Below are positions 37,739 through 47,356 of a DNA stretch of 64,000 bases, one piece after another. The stretch spans positions 46,484 through 110,483 of the forward strand of contig JAKOTU010000040.1 of NCBI GenBank assembly GCA_029776155.1. Reading direction: 5' to 3'. This stretch comes from Bacillota bacterium. GTDB lineage: Bacteria > Bacillota > Limnochordia > Darwinibacteriales > Darwinibacteriaceae. The position numbers and the translations under genes are program-made. The notes beneath the pieces are model-generated. The model was not told the DNA's origin. It saw only the letters and a program-made list of their open reading frames with translations, and made no database searches. Every line of letters begins with the position of its first letter. Position 1 is the stretch's first letter.

Positions 37739-38575
37739 ATGCCCGAGTTACCTGAAGTGGAAACAGTCAGGCGCACTTTGCTCCCTGTTGTCCTGCATAA
37801 ACCAATTACTGCCGTTAGCGTTTTCACCCACCGCATCGTCCAAAACAGGCCCCTTGAGCAGTTTCAAGAGCTCTTGGTGGGCAGGAGTTTTACGGATCTT
37901 ATCCGGCGCGGCAAATACTTGATCTTTTCCGTGGAGGGTGGATTGGAGCTCATAGCCCATCTGCGCATGACGGGCCGCCTGATCTACTACTCCAGCCCAG
38001 ATCTTCCCCTGGCCAAACACACGTCCGCAGTGTTCAGCTTTGGCGAAGGGGGCGAGCTGCGTTTTGAGGATGTGCGCAAGTTCGGGACTCTGGATTTGGT
38101 GCCCCAAGGGGAGTACCAGAGCGTGAAAGGGCTTTATACTCTGGGTGTGGAACCCCTCTCTGACGAGTTTTCCCTGGGCTTTTTCCAGGAACTGCTCCTG
38201 GGGCGCAAAACCAAGATCAAAGCTTTGCTCCTCGATCAAACCAAGATCGCGGGTTTGGGCAACATCTACGCGGATGAGAGCCTCTTCCAAGCTGGGATTC
38301 ACCCCGAACGCAGCGCCCATTCTTTAACTGCTGAAGAGGTGCAGCGGCTGCATGCAGCCATTAAAGAGGTCTTGGAGCTGGCCATTGCCCATCAGGGGAC
38401 CACTTTTCGCGATTACCGCACGGGGTACGGCCGCGAAGGGTCGTTCCAAAACCAGCTGCGGATTTACGGCAAGAAGGGTGCAGACTGCCCCCGCTGCGGC
38501 GTACAGTTAGAGTATAGAAAAGTGGCGGGGCGCACCAGTCATTTCTGTCCCGCCTGTCAGAGGGAACAGCCATGA
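37739..38575 (+). CDS. mutM: formamidopyrimidine-DNA glycosylase
   Basis: PELPEVE N-terminus, HLRMTG, GLGNIYADE, C-terminal Zn finger. Confidence 0.96.
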   Translation: MPELPEVETVRRTLLPVVLHKPITAVSVFTHRIVQNRPLEQFQELLVGRSFTDLIRRGKYLIFSVEGGLELIAHLRMTGRLIYYSSPDLPLAKHTSAVFSFGEGGELRFEDVRKFGTLDLVPQGEYQSVKGLYTLGVEPLSDEFSLGFFQELLLGRKTKIKALLLDQTKIAGLGNIYADESLFQAGIHPERSAHSLTAEEVQRLHAAIKEVLELAIAHQGTTFRDYRTGYGREGSFQNQLRIYGKKGADCPRCGVQLEYRKVAGRTSHFCPACQREQP

Positions 38576-39153
38576 TCGGCCTTACAGGAGGAATTGCCAG
38601 CGGCAAATCCACCGTGGCCCAGCGCCTGCGGGCCCTGGGCGCGGTGGTTTTGGATGCGGACCTTTTGGCCCGGGAAGCAGTAAAACCCCATACTCCTGGC
38701 TGGCACAAGGTGCAGGAAGCCTTCCCTGACGTGATCCGCGCCGACGGGGCTATAGATCGGCGCCTTCTGGGTCAGATCGTCTTTGCTGATCCGGAAAAGA
38801 GAAGGGTTCTGGAAAGCATTATCCATCCCGAGGTGCTCAAAATGCTCGTTGCAGAGGCGGCGCGGGCGGAAGGGGAAGGGCGTGTCGTTGTTGCCGAGGT
38901 CCCTTTGTTATATGAAGTGGGCTGGGATGGGCTCATGGAGCAAGTTTGGGTGGTATATGTCCCTTATGAGGTGCAGCTGAGGCGCCTCATGGAGCGCAGC
39001 GGAGTAAGCCAAGGGGATGCGGAGCGCATGATTGGCAGCCAGATGCCCCTGGCCAGAAAGGTGGAGCTCGCCCATCGGGTCATTGACAACAGCGGGCCGC
39101 TGGAGAAAACGTGGGAGCAGGTTGATGCTCTTTGGAAGGAGTTTGCAGGGTGA
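38572..39153 (+). CDS. coaE: dephospho-CoA kinase
   Basis: [26 protein letters not shown]. Confidence 0.95.
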   Translation: MIGLTGGIASGKSTVAQRLRALGAVVLDADLLAREAVKPHTPGWHKVQEAFPDVIRADGAIDRRLLGQIVFADPEKRRVLESIIHPEVLKMLVAEAARAEGEGRVVVAEVPLLYEVGWDGLMEQVWVVYVPYEVQLRRLMERSGVSQGDAERMIGSQMPLARKVELAHRVIDNSGPLEKTWEQVDALWKEFAG

Positions 39154-39548
39154 GGATCGCATTGATTGCCCATGATCAGAAAAAGAAGGCCATGATCGAG
39201 TTTGTCCACTGTCATCTCGAGGATCTCCGGGGCCATGAACTCTACGCCACCGGCACCACGGGGCGCTTGATCCAGGAGGCCACCGGGTTGGAGGTGCAGC
39301 GCGTGCAGTCGGGTCCCATGGGGGGCGACCAGCAGATCGGAGCCTTGGTGGCCAGCGGCGAGTTGGATGCCGTGATCTTCCTTAGGGATCCCCTCACCGC
39401 GCAGCCCCATGAGCCAGACATTACGGCTTTGCTGAGGGTGTGCGATGTGCACAATGTGCCCCTGGCCACCAACGAAGCCACAGCGGAGCTGGTGCTGCAC
39501 TGGTTGAGGGAGAACAGTGCCCAAGCGGCCCCAGAAGGCGAGGAATGA
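39150..39548 (+). CDS. mgsA: methylglyoxal synthase
   Basis: [31 protein letters not shown]. Confidence 0.95.
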   Translation: MRIALIAHDQKKKAMIEFVHCHLEDLRGHELYATGTTGRLIQEATGLEVQRVQSGPMGGDQQIGALVASGELDAVIFLRDPLTAQPHEPDITALLRVCDVHNVPLATNEATAELVLHWLRENSAQAAPEGEE

Positions 39549-39553
39549 ACTAA

Positions 39554-40111
39554 GTGCGTCTGCTCACTTTTGTGCTCTTGGGCGCGGCCGCTTTAGGACT
39601 GATCTTCCTCCCGGAAATCCTCCAGGAGGTGTTTCCCCTTGGTTATCCGGACGTGATCAGCACGGCTGGTGAGCGCCACGGGGTGGATTGGGCCCTTATT
39701 GCAGCCATCATCCACGTGGAAAGCGGATTTAGTCCGGGTGTAGTGTCGAAGAAAGGGGCTGTGGGGCTCATGCAGATCATGCCCGATACCGCCGATTGGA
39801 TCGGGGCGCGCTTGGGTGAAAGGGTGAGCCGGGAGGACCTGTTCGATCCCCAGGTTAACATTCACCTGGGAACCTACTACCTGCGCTATCTGCTGGATCG
39901 GTTCGCCAGCGAACAGGCAGCCCTGGCCGCCTATAACGGAGGGCCAGCCAATGTGACCCGCTGGCTGGAAGAAGGGATCTGGGATGGTTCCTATGAAAAC
40001 GCCCAGAGCATCCCCTTTGCGGAAACCAGGTCTTATGTGCGCAAAGTGTCCATGATGCGGCGCTTGTATAAATTCATGTATCCCCAGGGAATTCAGGAGT
40101 TGGAGCATTGA
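39554..40111 (+). CDS. lytic transglycosylase (SLT domain)
   Basis: ES, GLMQ, AAYNGG, IPF-ETR-YV. Confidence 0.92.
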   Translation: MRLLTFVLLGAAALGLIFLPEILQEVFPLGYPDVISTAGERHGVDWALIAAIIHVESGFSPGVVSKKGAVGLMQIMPDTADWIGARLGERVSREDLFDPQVNIHLGTYYLRYLLDRFASEQAALAAYNGGPANVTRWLEEGIWDGSYENAQSIPFAETRSYVRKVSMMRRLYKFMYPQGIQELEH

Positions 40112-40126
40112 GAGGAGCCAGGTAGG

Positions 40127-41161
40127 ATGGTCAAGCAGATTGAGACTGTGCAGCAGGTAAGCGACCTGCAGGTGGAAGCAAAGCGGTTGTTTTCCGCCAC
40201 CCATGATGAGATCAAGCAGGGACTGACCACGGACATCTACTTCGTGAAGACGAAGGAAATCCTCCAGAAAATGGGCCGGGATCAGGCGGAGGTGGTCGCG
40301 GAGATCTTCGGGCGGCGCCCCGGGGTGTTCGCCGGCCTGCCCGAGGTGAAGCTTCTGCTGGAGGGCCTGGGTCTAGAGGTGTGGAGTCTGGAGGAAGGGG
40401 ATTCTTTCCAGGCCAAGGAAGTGGTGATGCGTATCCACGGCCGTTACAGCCAGTTCGGCATTTACGAGACAGCCATCTTGGGCATGCTGGCCAGTTCCAG
40501 CGGGTGGGCCACGGCCGCCCGGGCCGCCAAAGAGGCTGCCGGGGGCAAGCCCGTGCTCTGCTTTGGGGCCAGACACGTGCATCCAGCAGTGGCGCCGGTG
40601 ATGGAACGGGCTGCCATTGTGGGGGGCGCGGACGGTGCTTCCTGTATCCTCGGCGCCAAGCTTGCGGGACTTGAACCTTCTGGTACGGTGCCCCATGCCC
40701 TGTTCCTGATCGTGGGTGATACCCTTGAGGCGGCGAAAGCGTACCACAAGTTTATGCCCCCCGAATCGGTGCGCTCCATGCTGGTGGACACCTTCAAAGA
40801 TGAAGTGGAGGAGAGCCTGCGCCTTGCGGCCTGCCCAGAAACTGGCCTAGAATCCGTGCGTTTGGATACGCCCAGTGAGCGGGGGGGAGTGACCCCTGGA
40901 CTCATCCAAGAGCTGAGGGCAAGACTGGATCTGGCGGGGTTCCAGCACATTAAGATCTTTGTCTCTGGGGGCTTGGATCCTGAACGGATCAAAATCCTCT
41001 CCGAAGCGGGCGCCGATGCCTTTGGAGTGGGCAGTTACATCTCCAGTGCCGCGGCCATTGACATGACCATGGACCTTAAGATCGTGGATGGACAGGCCAC
41101 CAGCAAGCGGGGGCGGATTCCGGGCTTGATCCCCAGTCCGCGCCTGAAAAGGGTGCTCTAA
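40127..41161 (+). CDS. pncB: nicotinate phosphoribosyltransferase
   Basis: TDIYF, FGARH, GTVPH, LVDT, VRLDT, SGG, FGVGS. Confidence 0.85.
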   Translation: MVKQIETVQQVSDLQVEAKRLFSATHDEIKQGLTTDIYFVKTKEILQKMGRDQAEVVAEIFGRRPGVFAGLPEVKLLLEGLGLEVWSLEEGDSFQAKEVVMRIHGRYSQFGIYETAILGMLASSSGWATAARAAKEAAGGKPVLCFGARHVHPAVAPVMERAAIVGGADGASCILGAKLAGLEPSGTVPHALFLIVGDTLEAAKAYHKFMPPESVRSMLVDTFKDEVEESLRLAACPETGLESVRLDTPSERGGVTPGLIQELRARLDLAGFQHIKIFVSGGLDPERIKILSEAGADAFGVGSYISSAAAIDMTMDLKIVDGQATSKRGRIPGLIPSPRLKRVL

Positions 41162-41218
41162 GCCGGGAAAAAGAGGGCTTAGGCGCCCAGACTATCGGAT
41201 CTTTCCAAGGCCTTTTGG

Positions 41219-41245
41219 GCAGGAGATTCGCGCCTAGTGGAGAAT
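41219..41245 (+). promoter_or_regulatory. sigma-H-type promoter upstream of oppD
   Basis: GCAGGA-17 nt-GAAT. Confidence 0.65.
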
Positions 41246-41339
41246 GATTGATAAATATTCTTTTCGCTGAACTCTGTTGGGCTCGTTTGCTGGCGAGTCC
41301 GCTCCCGCGTTCAGCTGGGAAAAAGAGAGGGAGGGTGTT

Positions 41340-42350
41340 ATGTCTGATATTCTATTGTCAGTTAGGGACTTAAAAACCTATTTTTATACAGATGACGGAG
41401 TAGTCCCTGCCGTAGATGGCGTCAGCTTTGAGCTGGAACGGGGGGGAACCCTGGGGATCGTGGGTGAATCGGGCTGCGGCAAGAGCGTGACATCCCTGAC
41501 CATTATGGGCCTCATTCCCCAGCCGCCGGGGAAAATTGAAGGCGGTGTGATTGAGTTCGAAGGCAGGGATCTGCTCAAGCTGTCCGAAGCCGAAATGCGC
41601 CATATCCGGGGCAACGAGATCTCCATGATCTTCCAAGAGCCCATGACTTCGTTGAACCCTGTGTTCACCGTTGGGAACCAGATTATGGAAGCGATCATGC
41701 TGCACCAGAATGCCAGCAAAACAGAGGCGCGGGAAAAGGCCATTGAGATGCTGCGCCTGGTGGGGATTCCTTCCCCAGAAAAGCGCATAGACGATTATCC
41801 CCACCAGATGAGCGGCGGCATGCGCCAGAGGGTGATGATCGCCATGGCCCTTTCCTGCAATCCCAAGCTGCTCATCGCTGACGAGCCCACCACCGCTTTG
41901 GATGTGACCATCCAGGCCCAGATTTTGGACTTGATGCGGGAACTCCAGCGGGAACTGGGCACCGCGATTATGATGATCACCCACGACCTGGGAGTGATTG
42001 CCGAGTTGGTGGACAAGGTCGTGGTTATGTATACGGGCAGGATTGTGGAAGCGGCCGATACCTACACCATTTTCAAGAACCCCAAGCACCCATACACCAT
42101 CGGGCTTCTGGCTTCCATTCCCCGTCTGGACAGTGATGGTTCCAGACTGCAGGCCATTCCGGGCACTGTGCCCACGCCTGGGAACTTCCCCAAAGGCTGC
42201 GGTTTCCATCCCCGCTGTGCCTTCGCCAGGGACCTGTGCACCCGCACCAGCCCGCCATCCTTTGACCTAGGAAACGGTCACCAGGTGGCCTGCTGGCGAG
42301 TTGTGGACTACGATGAGAGTGCTGGTATCGATCAAAGGGAGGTGGGCTAA
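41340..42350 (+). CDS. oppD: oligopeptide/dipeptide ABC transporter ATP-binding protein (OppD/DppD)
   Basis: [25 protein letters not shown]-terminal Cys motif. Confidence 0.92.
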   Translation: MSDILLSVRDLKTYFYTDDGVVPAVDGVSFELERGGTLGIVGESGCGKSVTSLTIMGLIPQPPGKIEGGVIEFEGRDLLKLSEAEMRHIRGNEISMIFQEPMTSLNPVFTVGNQIMEAIMLHQNASKTEAREKAIEMLRLVGIPSPEKRIDDYPHQMSGGMRQRVMIAMALSCNPKLLIADEPTTALDVTIQAQILDLMRELQRELGTAIMMITHDLGVIAELVDKVVVMYTGRIVEAADTYTIFKNPKHPYTIGLLASIPRLDSDGSRLQAIPGTVPTPGNFPKGCGFHPRCAFARDLCTRTSPPSFDLGNGHQVACWRVVDYDESAGIDQREVG

Positions 42351-42353
42351 GCA

Positions 42354-43376
42354 ATGGCAAGAGAAGCAGCAGTAAAAACCGGACAGCAGGAAGTACTGCT
42401 CGAGGTGCGTCATCTAGTGAAGCATTTCCCCATCCGCCAGGGCATTATCTTCTCCCGGCAGGTAGGTGCTGTGCAGGCGGTTGATGACATCAGCTTCACC
42501 GTGCACAAGGGGGAAACCCTCGGTTTGGTGGGGGAAAGCGGCTGCGGGAAGACCACAACTGGTCGTTTGATCCTGCGCCTGATTGAGCCCACCTCAGGTG
42601 ATATCATCTTCGATGGCAAGAACATTCCGCAGCTGTCCAAGGATGAACTGCGGGAGCTGCGCAAAGATATGCAGATCATCTTCCAGGACCCCTACGGTTC
42701 CCTCAACCCCCGCATGACCGTGGGCGACATTATTGGTGAGCCCCTGCACATCCATAAGCTAGCCCGGGGTGCGGAGCGGGAAAAAAGGGTGCGGGAGCTT
42801 TTGGAAGTTGTGGGCTTGAGCGCTTTCCATGCCCGCCGTTTCCCCCACGAGTTCTCCGGGGGTCAGAGGCAGAGGATCGGCATTGCCCGGGCTTTGGCGG
42901 TGCGGCCCAGGCTGATTATCTGCGATGAGCCCGTATCGGCCCTGGACGTATCTATCCAGGCTCAGGTGATCAACCTGCTCCAGGATCTCCAGGCAGAGTT
43001 TGATCTCACCTACATCTTCATTGCCCATGACTTGAGTGTTGTGAAGCATATCTCTGATCGGGTGGCCGTCATGTACCTGGGCAAGATTGTGGAGCTTACG
43101 GACAAAAACGAGCTTTACCGCAACCCCAAGCATCCCTACACCCAGGCTCTGCTCTCGGCCATCCCCGAGGCGGATCCCACCATCAAGAAGGAGCGGATTT
43201 TGCTCAAGGGCGATGTGCCCAGCCCCATCAACCCGCCCAAGGGCTGCCGTTTCCACACCAGATGCCCCAAGGTTATGGACATCTGCCGGGTGGAGGAGCC
43301 CAAGTTCGTGGATTCGGGCGGCGGCCACTTTGTGGCCTGCCACCTGGTGCCGGCAGCCGAAGAGAAGGGCGCGTAA
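42354..43376 (+). CDS. oppF: oligopeptide/dipeptide ABC transporter ATP-binding protein (OppF/DppF)
   Basis: [28 protein letters not shown]. Confidence 0.92.
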   Translation: MAREAAVKTGQQEVLLEVRHLVKHFPIRQGIIFSRQVGAVQAVDDISFTVHKGETLGLVGESGCGKTTTGRLILRLIEPTSGDIIFDGKNIPQLSKDELRELRKDMQIIFQDPYGSLNPRMTVGDIIGEPLHIHKLARGAEREKRVRELLEVVGLSAFHARRFPHEFSGGQRQRIGIARALAVRPRLIICDEPVSALDVSIQAQVINLLQDLQAEFDLTYIFIAHDLSVVKHISDRVAVMYLGKIVELTDKNELYRNPKHPYTQALLSAIPEADPTIKKERILLKGDVPSPINPPKGCRFHTRCPKVMDICRVEEPKFVDSGGGHFVACHLVPAAEEKGA

Positions 43377-43394
43377 GATTTTCACAAGGAAGAG

Positions 43395-43428
43395 AAAGTC
43401 CTCCGCTGTTGTGTGCGGAGGACTTTTT
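43395..43428. terminator. bidirectional intrinsic terminator
   Basis: AAAGTCCTCCGC...GCGGAGGACTTTTT between convergent genes. Confidence 0.8.
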
Positions 43429-43435
43429 GCCTTGC

Positions 43436-45484
43436 CTAACTTTCAGCCTGGTCCTGGAAGCTGGAGATGATCTCCTGGAGCTGCTGGGCCAGTTCGGCCA
43501 GATTCTGGGCGGCCGCAGCCGTCTCTTCGGTTCCGGCGGCGGTCTGCTCTGTGATATCGCCGATGGACTGGAACAGTGCCACCGCTTCCCGGGTTCGGCT
43601 GGTTTGGGCCGACGCCTCATCGGCGATTTCCTGCACCAGCGCTTCCGTTTCCTTGGTGGCCTTGGTAATCTCTTGGAGGGCAGCGCGCACATCATGCACC
43701 TCTTTCTGACCTTTAGCCACGCTGTCCAGGGAACGGAGCGTTTCGCTTTGGATCCGCTTCAAGGCCTGTTCGATTTCTTCAGTGGCCTTCTGGGAACGGA
43801 TAGCCAGTTCGCCAACTTCCTGGGCCACCACCGCGAAGCTGCGGCCTTGTTCGCCTGCACGGGCGGCTTCGATGGCGGCATTGAGGGATAAGAGGTTGGT
43901 CTGCTCGGCAATCTCCCGAATCAGAGCTAGGATCTTGGCGATCTCCTGGGTCTGCTGGGTGAGGCTGTCCACCGACTGCTTGATCGTGTCCATGCCCTCT
44001 ACCGCCTCCAGAGCCTGGGCTTCGCCCTTGGCCGCAGCGGAGGTGGCGTTCTGGGAGAGCATGACCGCTTCCTGAGCCCGCTTTTCCATGGCAGCCATGG
44101 CTTCATCCATCTCTTCGATCTGCCTTGTTCCCCTGTGCACATCTTCGCTCTGGGTTTGGGCGCCCGCGGCCATTTCTTCCATACCAGCACTAATCTCCTG
44201 ACTGGAGGTGCTTAGGGCCTCACTGGCACTGCGCACCCGGTGGAGCAGGCGGGCTAACTGTGCAGTCATCTCGTTGAAAGCGGCGGTGAGCTCGCCCGCT
44301 TCATCGCGGCGGCTGTGCTTGGGCTTATACTGGCGCAACCGCCCCCGGGCCACATCTCTAGCGTGGGCCGTTAGCTCGATCAAGGGCTGGGCAATACGCC
44401 GGGTAAGGACAATGGCTATTACCACCACCACAAGTCCCGTCACTGCAATGCCCACATAGCCCAGCAAACTCAACCTGTGGACCAAAGTGAGGGCGTAGCG
44501 GGTGGGTTGGGCCATGCGGATTTCCCAGTTGTGACCAAAGGCCGCCAGTTCAGCCAGGGCCACCTGGGCTCCCGCGGTCAGGGCTTCTTCTCCCGAGCTG
44601 GTCTGGCCTAACCTCTGGGACTCCCCTTCTGCCACGGCGATGGGAGCAGGGGGGGTGTTCTCCAAGAAGATGGTAACTTGGGGGCCTGCAGCCTCGTTTT
44701 TCACCTCGAGGATCACCTGGCCTGAGCTGAGCAGCTGCAGTTCTCCCCCTGGTATTTCAGCCACGATGGGCAGCATGGGAGCGGTGAAGAAGGTAAGGGG
44801 CACAAGCCCCCGCACGGCCCCCGCCGGCCTTGCCGAACCGCTGGCCAGGGATGAAGACCTGTAGATGACGGCTGCTAAGACCAGCCCGGCTTCTTCTTTG
44901 TCGGGCAGTCTCTGAATGTCGCTGATATACAGCTGGGAGTTGAGGGCCTCCCGGAACCAGTGCTCATTGGCGTGGATGAAGCGATCGGGGCGCTCTGTTG
45001 CCCCCAGCACCATTCCATCGGTATTCACCACAATGAGCTGGGAGAATCTTTTGTATTCAGCCACCGTATTTTCCAAAAACGCTTGAGTGCGGGTATTGGC
45101 CTCCAGGTTGCGGGTTTCAGCCATGGCTATTTCCATTTCTTCGGGGGACTTGCCCTCTAGGCCCAGCTCCCGGAGGGCGCTGGTTGGCCTGATTACAGCC
45201 ATCTGCTCAATGGAGGGATTCACCGTCAGGTTCTGCAGGTCATAGGTGAGCTGCTGCAGGGATGAGGCTATGGAATCGGCTATGCGCTTGGCCTGGTCGG
45301 TAAGGGTGGCTTCCACCATGGAAGTGATCGACTGCTGGGTCTGCGAGATAACCACCAGCGTAAGCAGGGTGAGCGGTACGAGAGCGATGAGTGCAAAGGC
45401 CAGGATCAGCCGAGCCTTCAGGCGCAGGTTAAGGCGCGCCCTTGACTTTTCCTTGTTTGCTTTTTTTCTACTGCGGCTGCTCAT
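43436..45484 (-). CDS. methyl-accepting chemotaxis protein (TM, Cache-like sensor, TM, HAMP, MCP signal)
   Basis: [30 protein letters not shown] hairpin tip; HAMP (DEAGEL..AFN-M). Confidence 0.95.
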   Translation of the reverse strand: MSSRSRKKANKEKSRARLNLRLKARLILAFALIALVPLTLLTLVVISQTQQSITSMVEATLTDQAKRIADSIASSLQQLTYDLQNLTVNPSIEQMAVIRPTSALRELGLEGKSPEEMEIAMAETRNLEANTRTQAFLENTVAEYKRFSQLIVVNTDGMVLGATERPDRFIHANEHWFREALNSQLYISDIQRLPDKEEAGLVLAAVIYRSSSLASGSARPAGAVRGLVPLTFFTAPMLPIVAEIPGGELQLLSSGQVILEVKNEAAGPQVTIFLENTPPAPIAVAEGESQRLGQTSSGEEALTAGAQVALAELAAFGHNWEIRMAQPTRYALTLVHRLSLLGYVGIAVTGLVVVVIAIVLTRRIAQPLIELTAHARDVARGRLRQYKPKHSRRDEAGELTAAFNEMTAQLARLLHRVRSASEALSTSSQEISAGMEEMAAGAQTQSEDVHRGTRQIEEMDEAMAAMEKRAQEAVMLSQNATSAAAKGEAQALEAVEGMDTIKQSVDSLTQQTQEIAKILALIREIAEQTNLLSLNAAIEAARAGEQGRSFAVVAQEVGELAIRSQKATEEIEQALKRIQSETLRSLDSVAKGQKEVHDVRAALQEITKATKETEALVQEIADEASAQTSRTREAVALFQSIGDITEQTAAGTEETAAAAQNLAELAQQLQEIISSFQDQAES

Positions 45485-45570
45485 GGGGTCACTCCTTCAC
45501 CGGTTTTGGTTGTCTATAGTTCCGCTTTCATGGGCAATTATCCTGCCCTCTACGTGTAAATTAGTCTGTT

Positions 45571-45599
45571 TTGCCATTGGAGGCGTTTTGTGGTAAAAT
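45571..45599 (+). promoter_or_regulatory. sigma-A promoter of scfA
   Basis: TTGCCA-17 nt-TAAAAT with extended -10 TG. Confidence 0.75.
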
Positions 45600-45629
45600 G
45601 CAGATATAGTACTGCGAGGAGGCGGGAGC

Positions 45630-45770
45630 ATGAAGAAGCATATCAAGACGCTCAGCGGCACCCCCTTAAAAAACACCCTGCTTCACGGGGGCTGCGGCGA
45701 GTGCCAGACCTCATGCCAGTCGGCATGCAAAACCTCTTGCACCGTTGGCAACCAAGCTTGCGAACGGTAG
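45630..45770 (+). CDS. scfA: SCIFF six-cysteine ranthipeptide precursor
   Basis: Not in the ORF track; manual translation MKKHIKTLSGTPLKNTLLHGGCGECQTSCQSACKTSCTVGNQACER; GAGGAGG RBS. Confidence 0.96.
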   Translation: MKKHIKTLSGTPLKNTLLHGGCGECQTSCQSACKTSCTVGNQACER

Positions 45771-45842
45771 GAATCCAAGCAACCTTCTCGCTTCTGGGAG
45801 GTTGCTTTTGGATTTTCAATTACACTTCGGGAGTGAAACCTT

Positions 45843-47249
45843 TTGCTGGATAAAACCTGTGTGCACACCTACAGTCAAGGTGGGCTGCATTTTGTGGTAG
45901 ATGGCAATTCGGGAGCAGTACATGTGGTGGATGATGCGGCCCTAGAGCTGATTGCTCTCCTAAAAAGCCGGGATGATTTGGAGACCAGGGAGGATCTGGC
46001 GCGTTTTCTGGAGCAGCATCCCCGCTTTCGGGAAGTGGGCAGTGAAATTTTGGACTTGGTGGATGCGGGGATGCTGTTCAGTGAGGACCTCCCTGAGGCC
46101 CCACCCAGGCCCGAAACGGTGGTCAAGGCCCTGTGCCTGAATGTGGCCCATGACTGCAACTTGCGCTGCACCTATTGCTTTGCCTCCACGGGCGATTTCA
46201 AGGGTGAACGGGAGCTCATGCCCTTTGAAGTTGCCCAGGCCGCGGTGGGGTTTCTGCTGCGGGCCTCCCAACACCGCCGCCAACTGGAGATTGATTTTTT
46301 CGGGGGAGAACCCCTCTTGAACTGGGAGGTTGTCCGCCGTACGGTGGAGTATGCCCAGGCCCGGGCAGCGGAACAGGGTAAGAGCTTCCGTTTTACCATT
46401 ACCACCAATGGCCTGGGGCTCACCCCTGAGATCGAGGATTTCATTAATGAGCATATGTACAACGTGGTGCTCAGTCTAGATGGACGCCGGGAGATCAACG
46501 ACCGGGTGCGCCAGACCGTGACCGGAAATGGTTCGGTGTACGAGCTTGTGGTGCCCAAGTACCAGCGCCTGCTTCAAGGAAGAAGGGGCAAAAGCTACTA
46601 CGTACGGGGCACCTTCACCGCTTTGAACTTGGATTTTGCCCAGGATGTTGCCCATTTGAGCGATCTGGGTTTTTCCCAGATCTCCATGGAACCTGTGGTT
46701 ACGCCAGAAGATGAGGCCTGGGCACTGCAGCCTAGTCATCTCCCCCAGATCCTAAAAGAATATGAACGCCTCGCGGAACTTGTCTTGGCGCGGCGCGACA
46801 CGGAGCGGGCCTTTAACTTCTTCCACTTTAACGTGGAACTGAAAAAGGGCCCCTGCCTGTACAAACGGCTGTCGGGGTGCGGTGCGGGTTATGAGTATTT
46901 AGCCGTTACCCCCAAGGGAGAACTCTATCCCTGTCATCAGTTTGTTGGTTATGACAGCTTCCTTCTGGGCAGTGTGTGGGATGGTATTGTCAATCAGGAT
47001 CTGCCCCGGCAGTTTAAGGATGCCCACGTGCTGAACAGCCCCGCCTGCCGCAGCTGTTGGGCCAAGTATTATTGCAGCGGCGGCTGCATAAAAAACAACT
47101 GGGAAAAGGCAGGAAATTTCCAGGGGGTTGACGAATTGTCCTGCATCATGGAGAAGAAGCGTTTGGAATGTGCTTTTTACATTCAGGCTTGTTCGGCTAT
47201 GGGTACTGAGGAAATGATGGCTGTTCTTAACGCTTTTCAGATACGATGA
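45843..47249 (+). CDS. scfB: SCIFF radical SAM/SPASM thioether maturase
   Basis: CNLRCTYC, DFFGGEP, SPASM cysteines (CGAG, YPCHQF, CxxCW..CSGGC); adjacent to scfA. Confidence 0.93.
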   Translation: MLDKTCVHTYSQGGLHFVVDGNSGAVHVVDDAALELIALLKSRDDLETREDLARFLEQHPRFREVGSEILDLVDAGMLFSEDLPEAPPRPETVVKALCLNVAHDCNLRCTYCFASTGDFKGERELMPFEVAQAAVGFLLRASQHRRQLEIDFFGGEPLLNWEVVRRTVEYAQARAAEQGKSFRFTITTNGLGLTPEIEDFINEHMYNVVLSLDGRREINDRVRQTVTGNGSVYELVVPKYQRLLQGRRGKSYYVRGTFTALNLDFAQDVAHLSDLGFSQISMEPVVTPEDEAWALQPSHLPQILKEYERLAELVLARRDTERAFNFFHFNVELKKGPCLYKRLSGCGAGYEYLAVTPKGELYPCHQFVGYDSFLLGSVWDGIVNQDLPRQFKDAHVLNSPACRSCWAKYYCSGGCIKNNWEKAGNFQGVDELSCIMEKKRLECAFYIQACSAMGTEEMMAVLNAFQIR

Positions 47250-47310
47250 AGGACAGACTGTACGTGGGCACTTGGCTTGTTTGGAGTTGGTAGTGCAACC
47301 GGCTGAAAGC
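47232..47310 (+). ncRNA. c-di-GMP-II riboswitch aptamer
   Basis: Signature GATGAA...TGGGCACTT...GGAGTTGGTAGTGCAACCGGC; pseudoknot GCACT(47268-72)/AGTGC(47292-96); closing stem CTTTTCAG/CTGAAAG. Confidence 0.85.
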
Positions 47311-47331
47311 TCTGCTTTCTGCCGGTTTTTT
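47297..47331 (+). terminator. riboswitch expression-platform terminator
   Basis: AACCGGCtGAAAGC-tct-GCTTTCtGCCGGTT+TTTT; the 5' arm overlaps the aptamer 3' end. Confidence 0.8.
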
Positions 47332-47356
47332 CATTGGAAGGGATGAGAGAGGGGCA

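Noticed and set aside
45590-45868. ORF-track calls 45590-45853 (+) and 45683-45868 (-)
   Set aside because: Both overlap the true scfA gene, in another frame or on the other strand.
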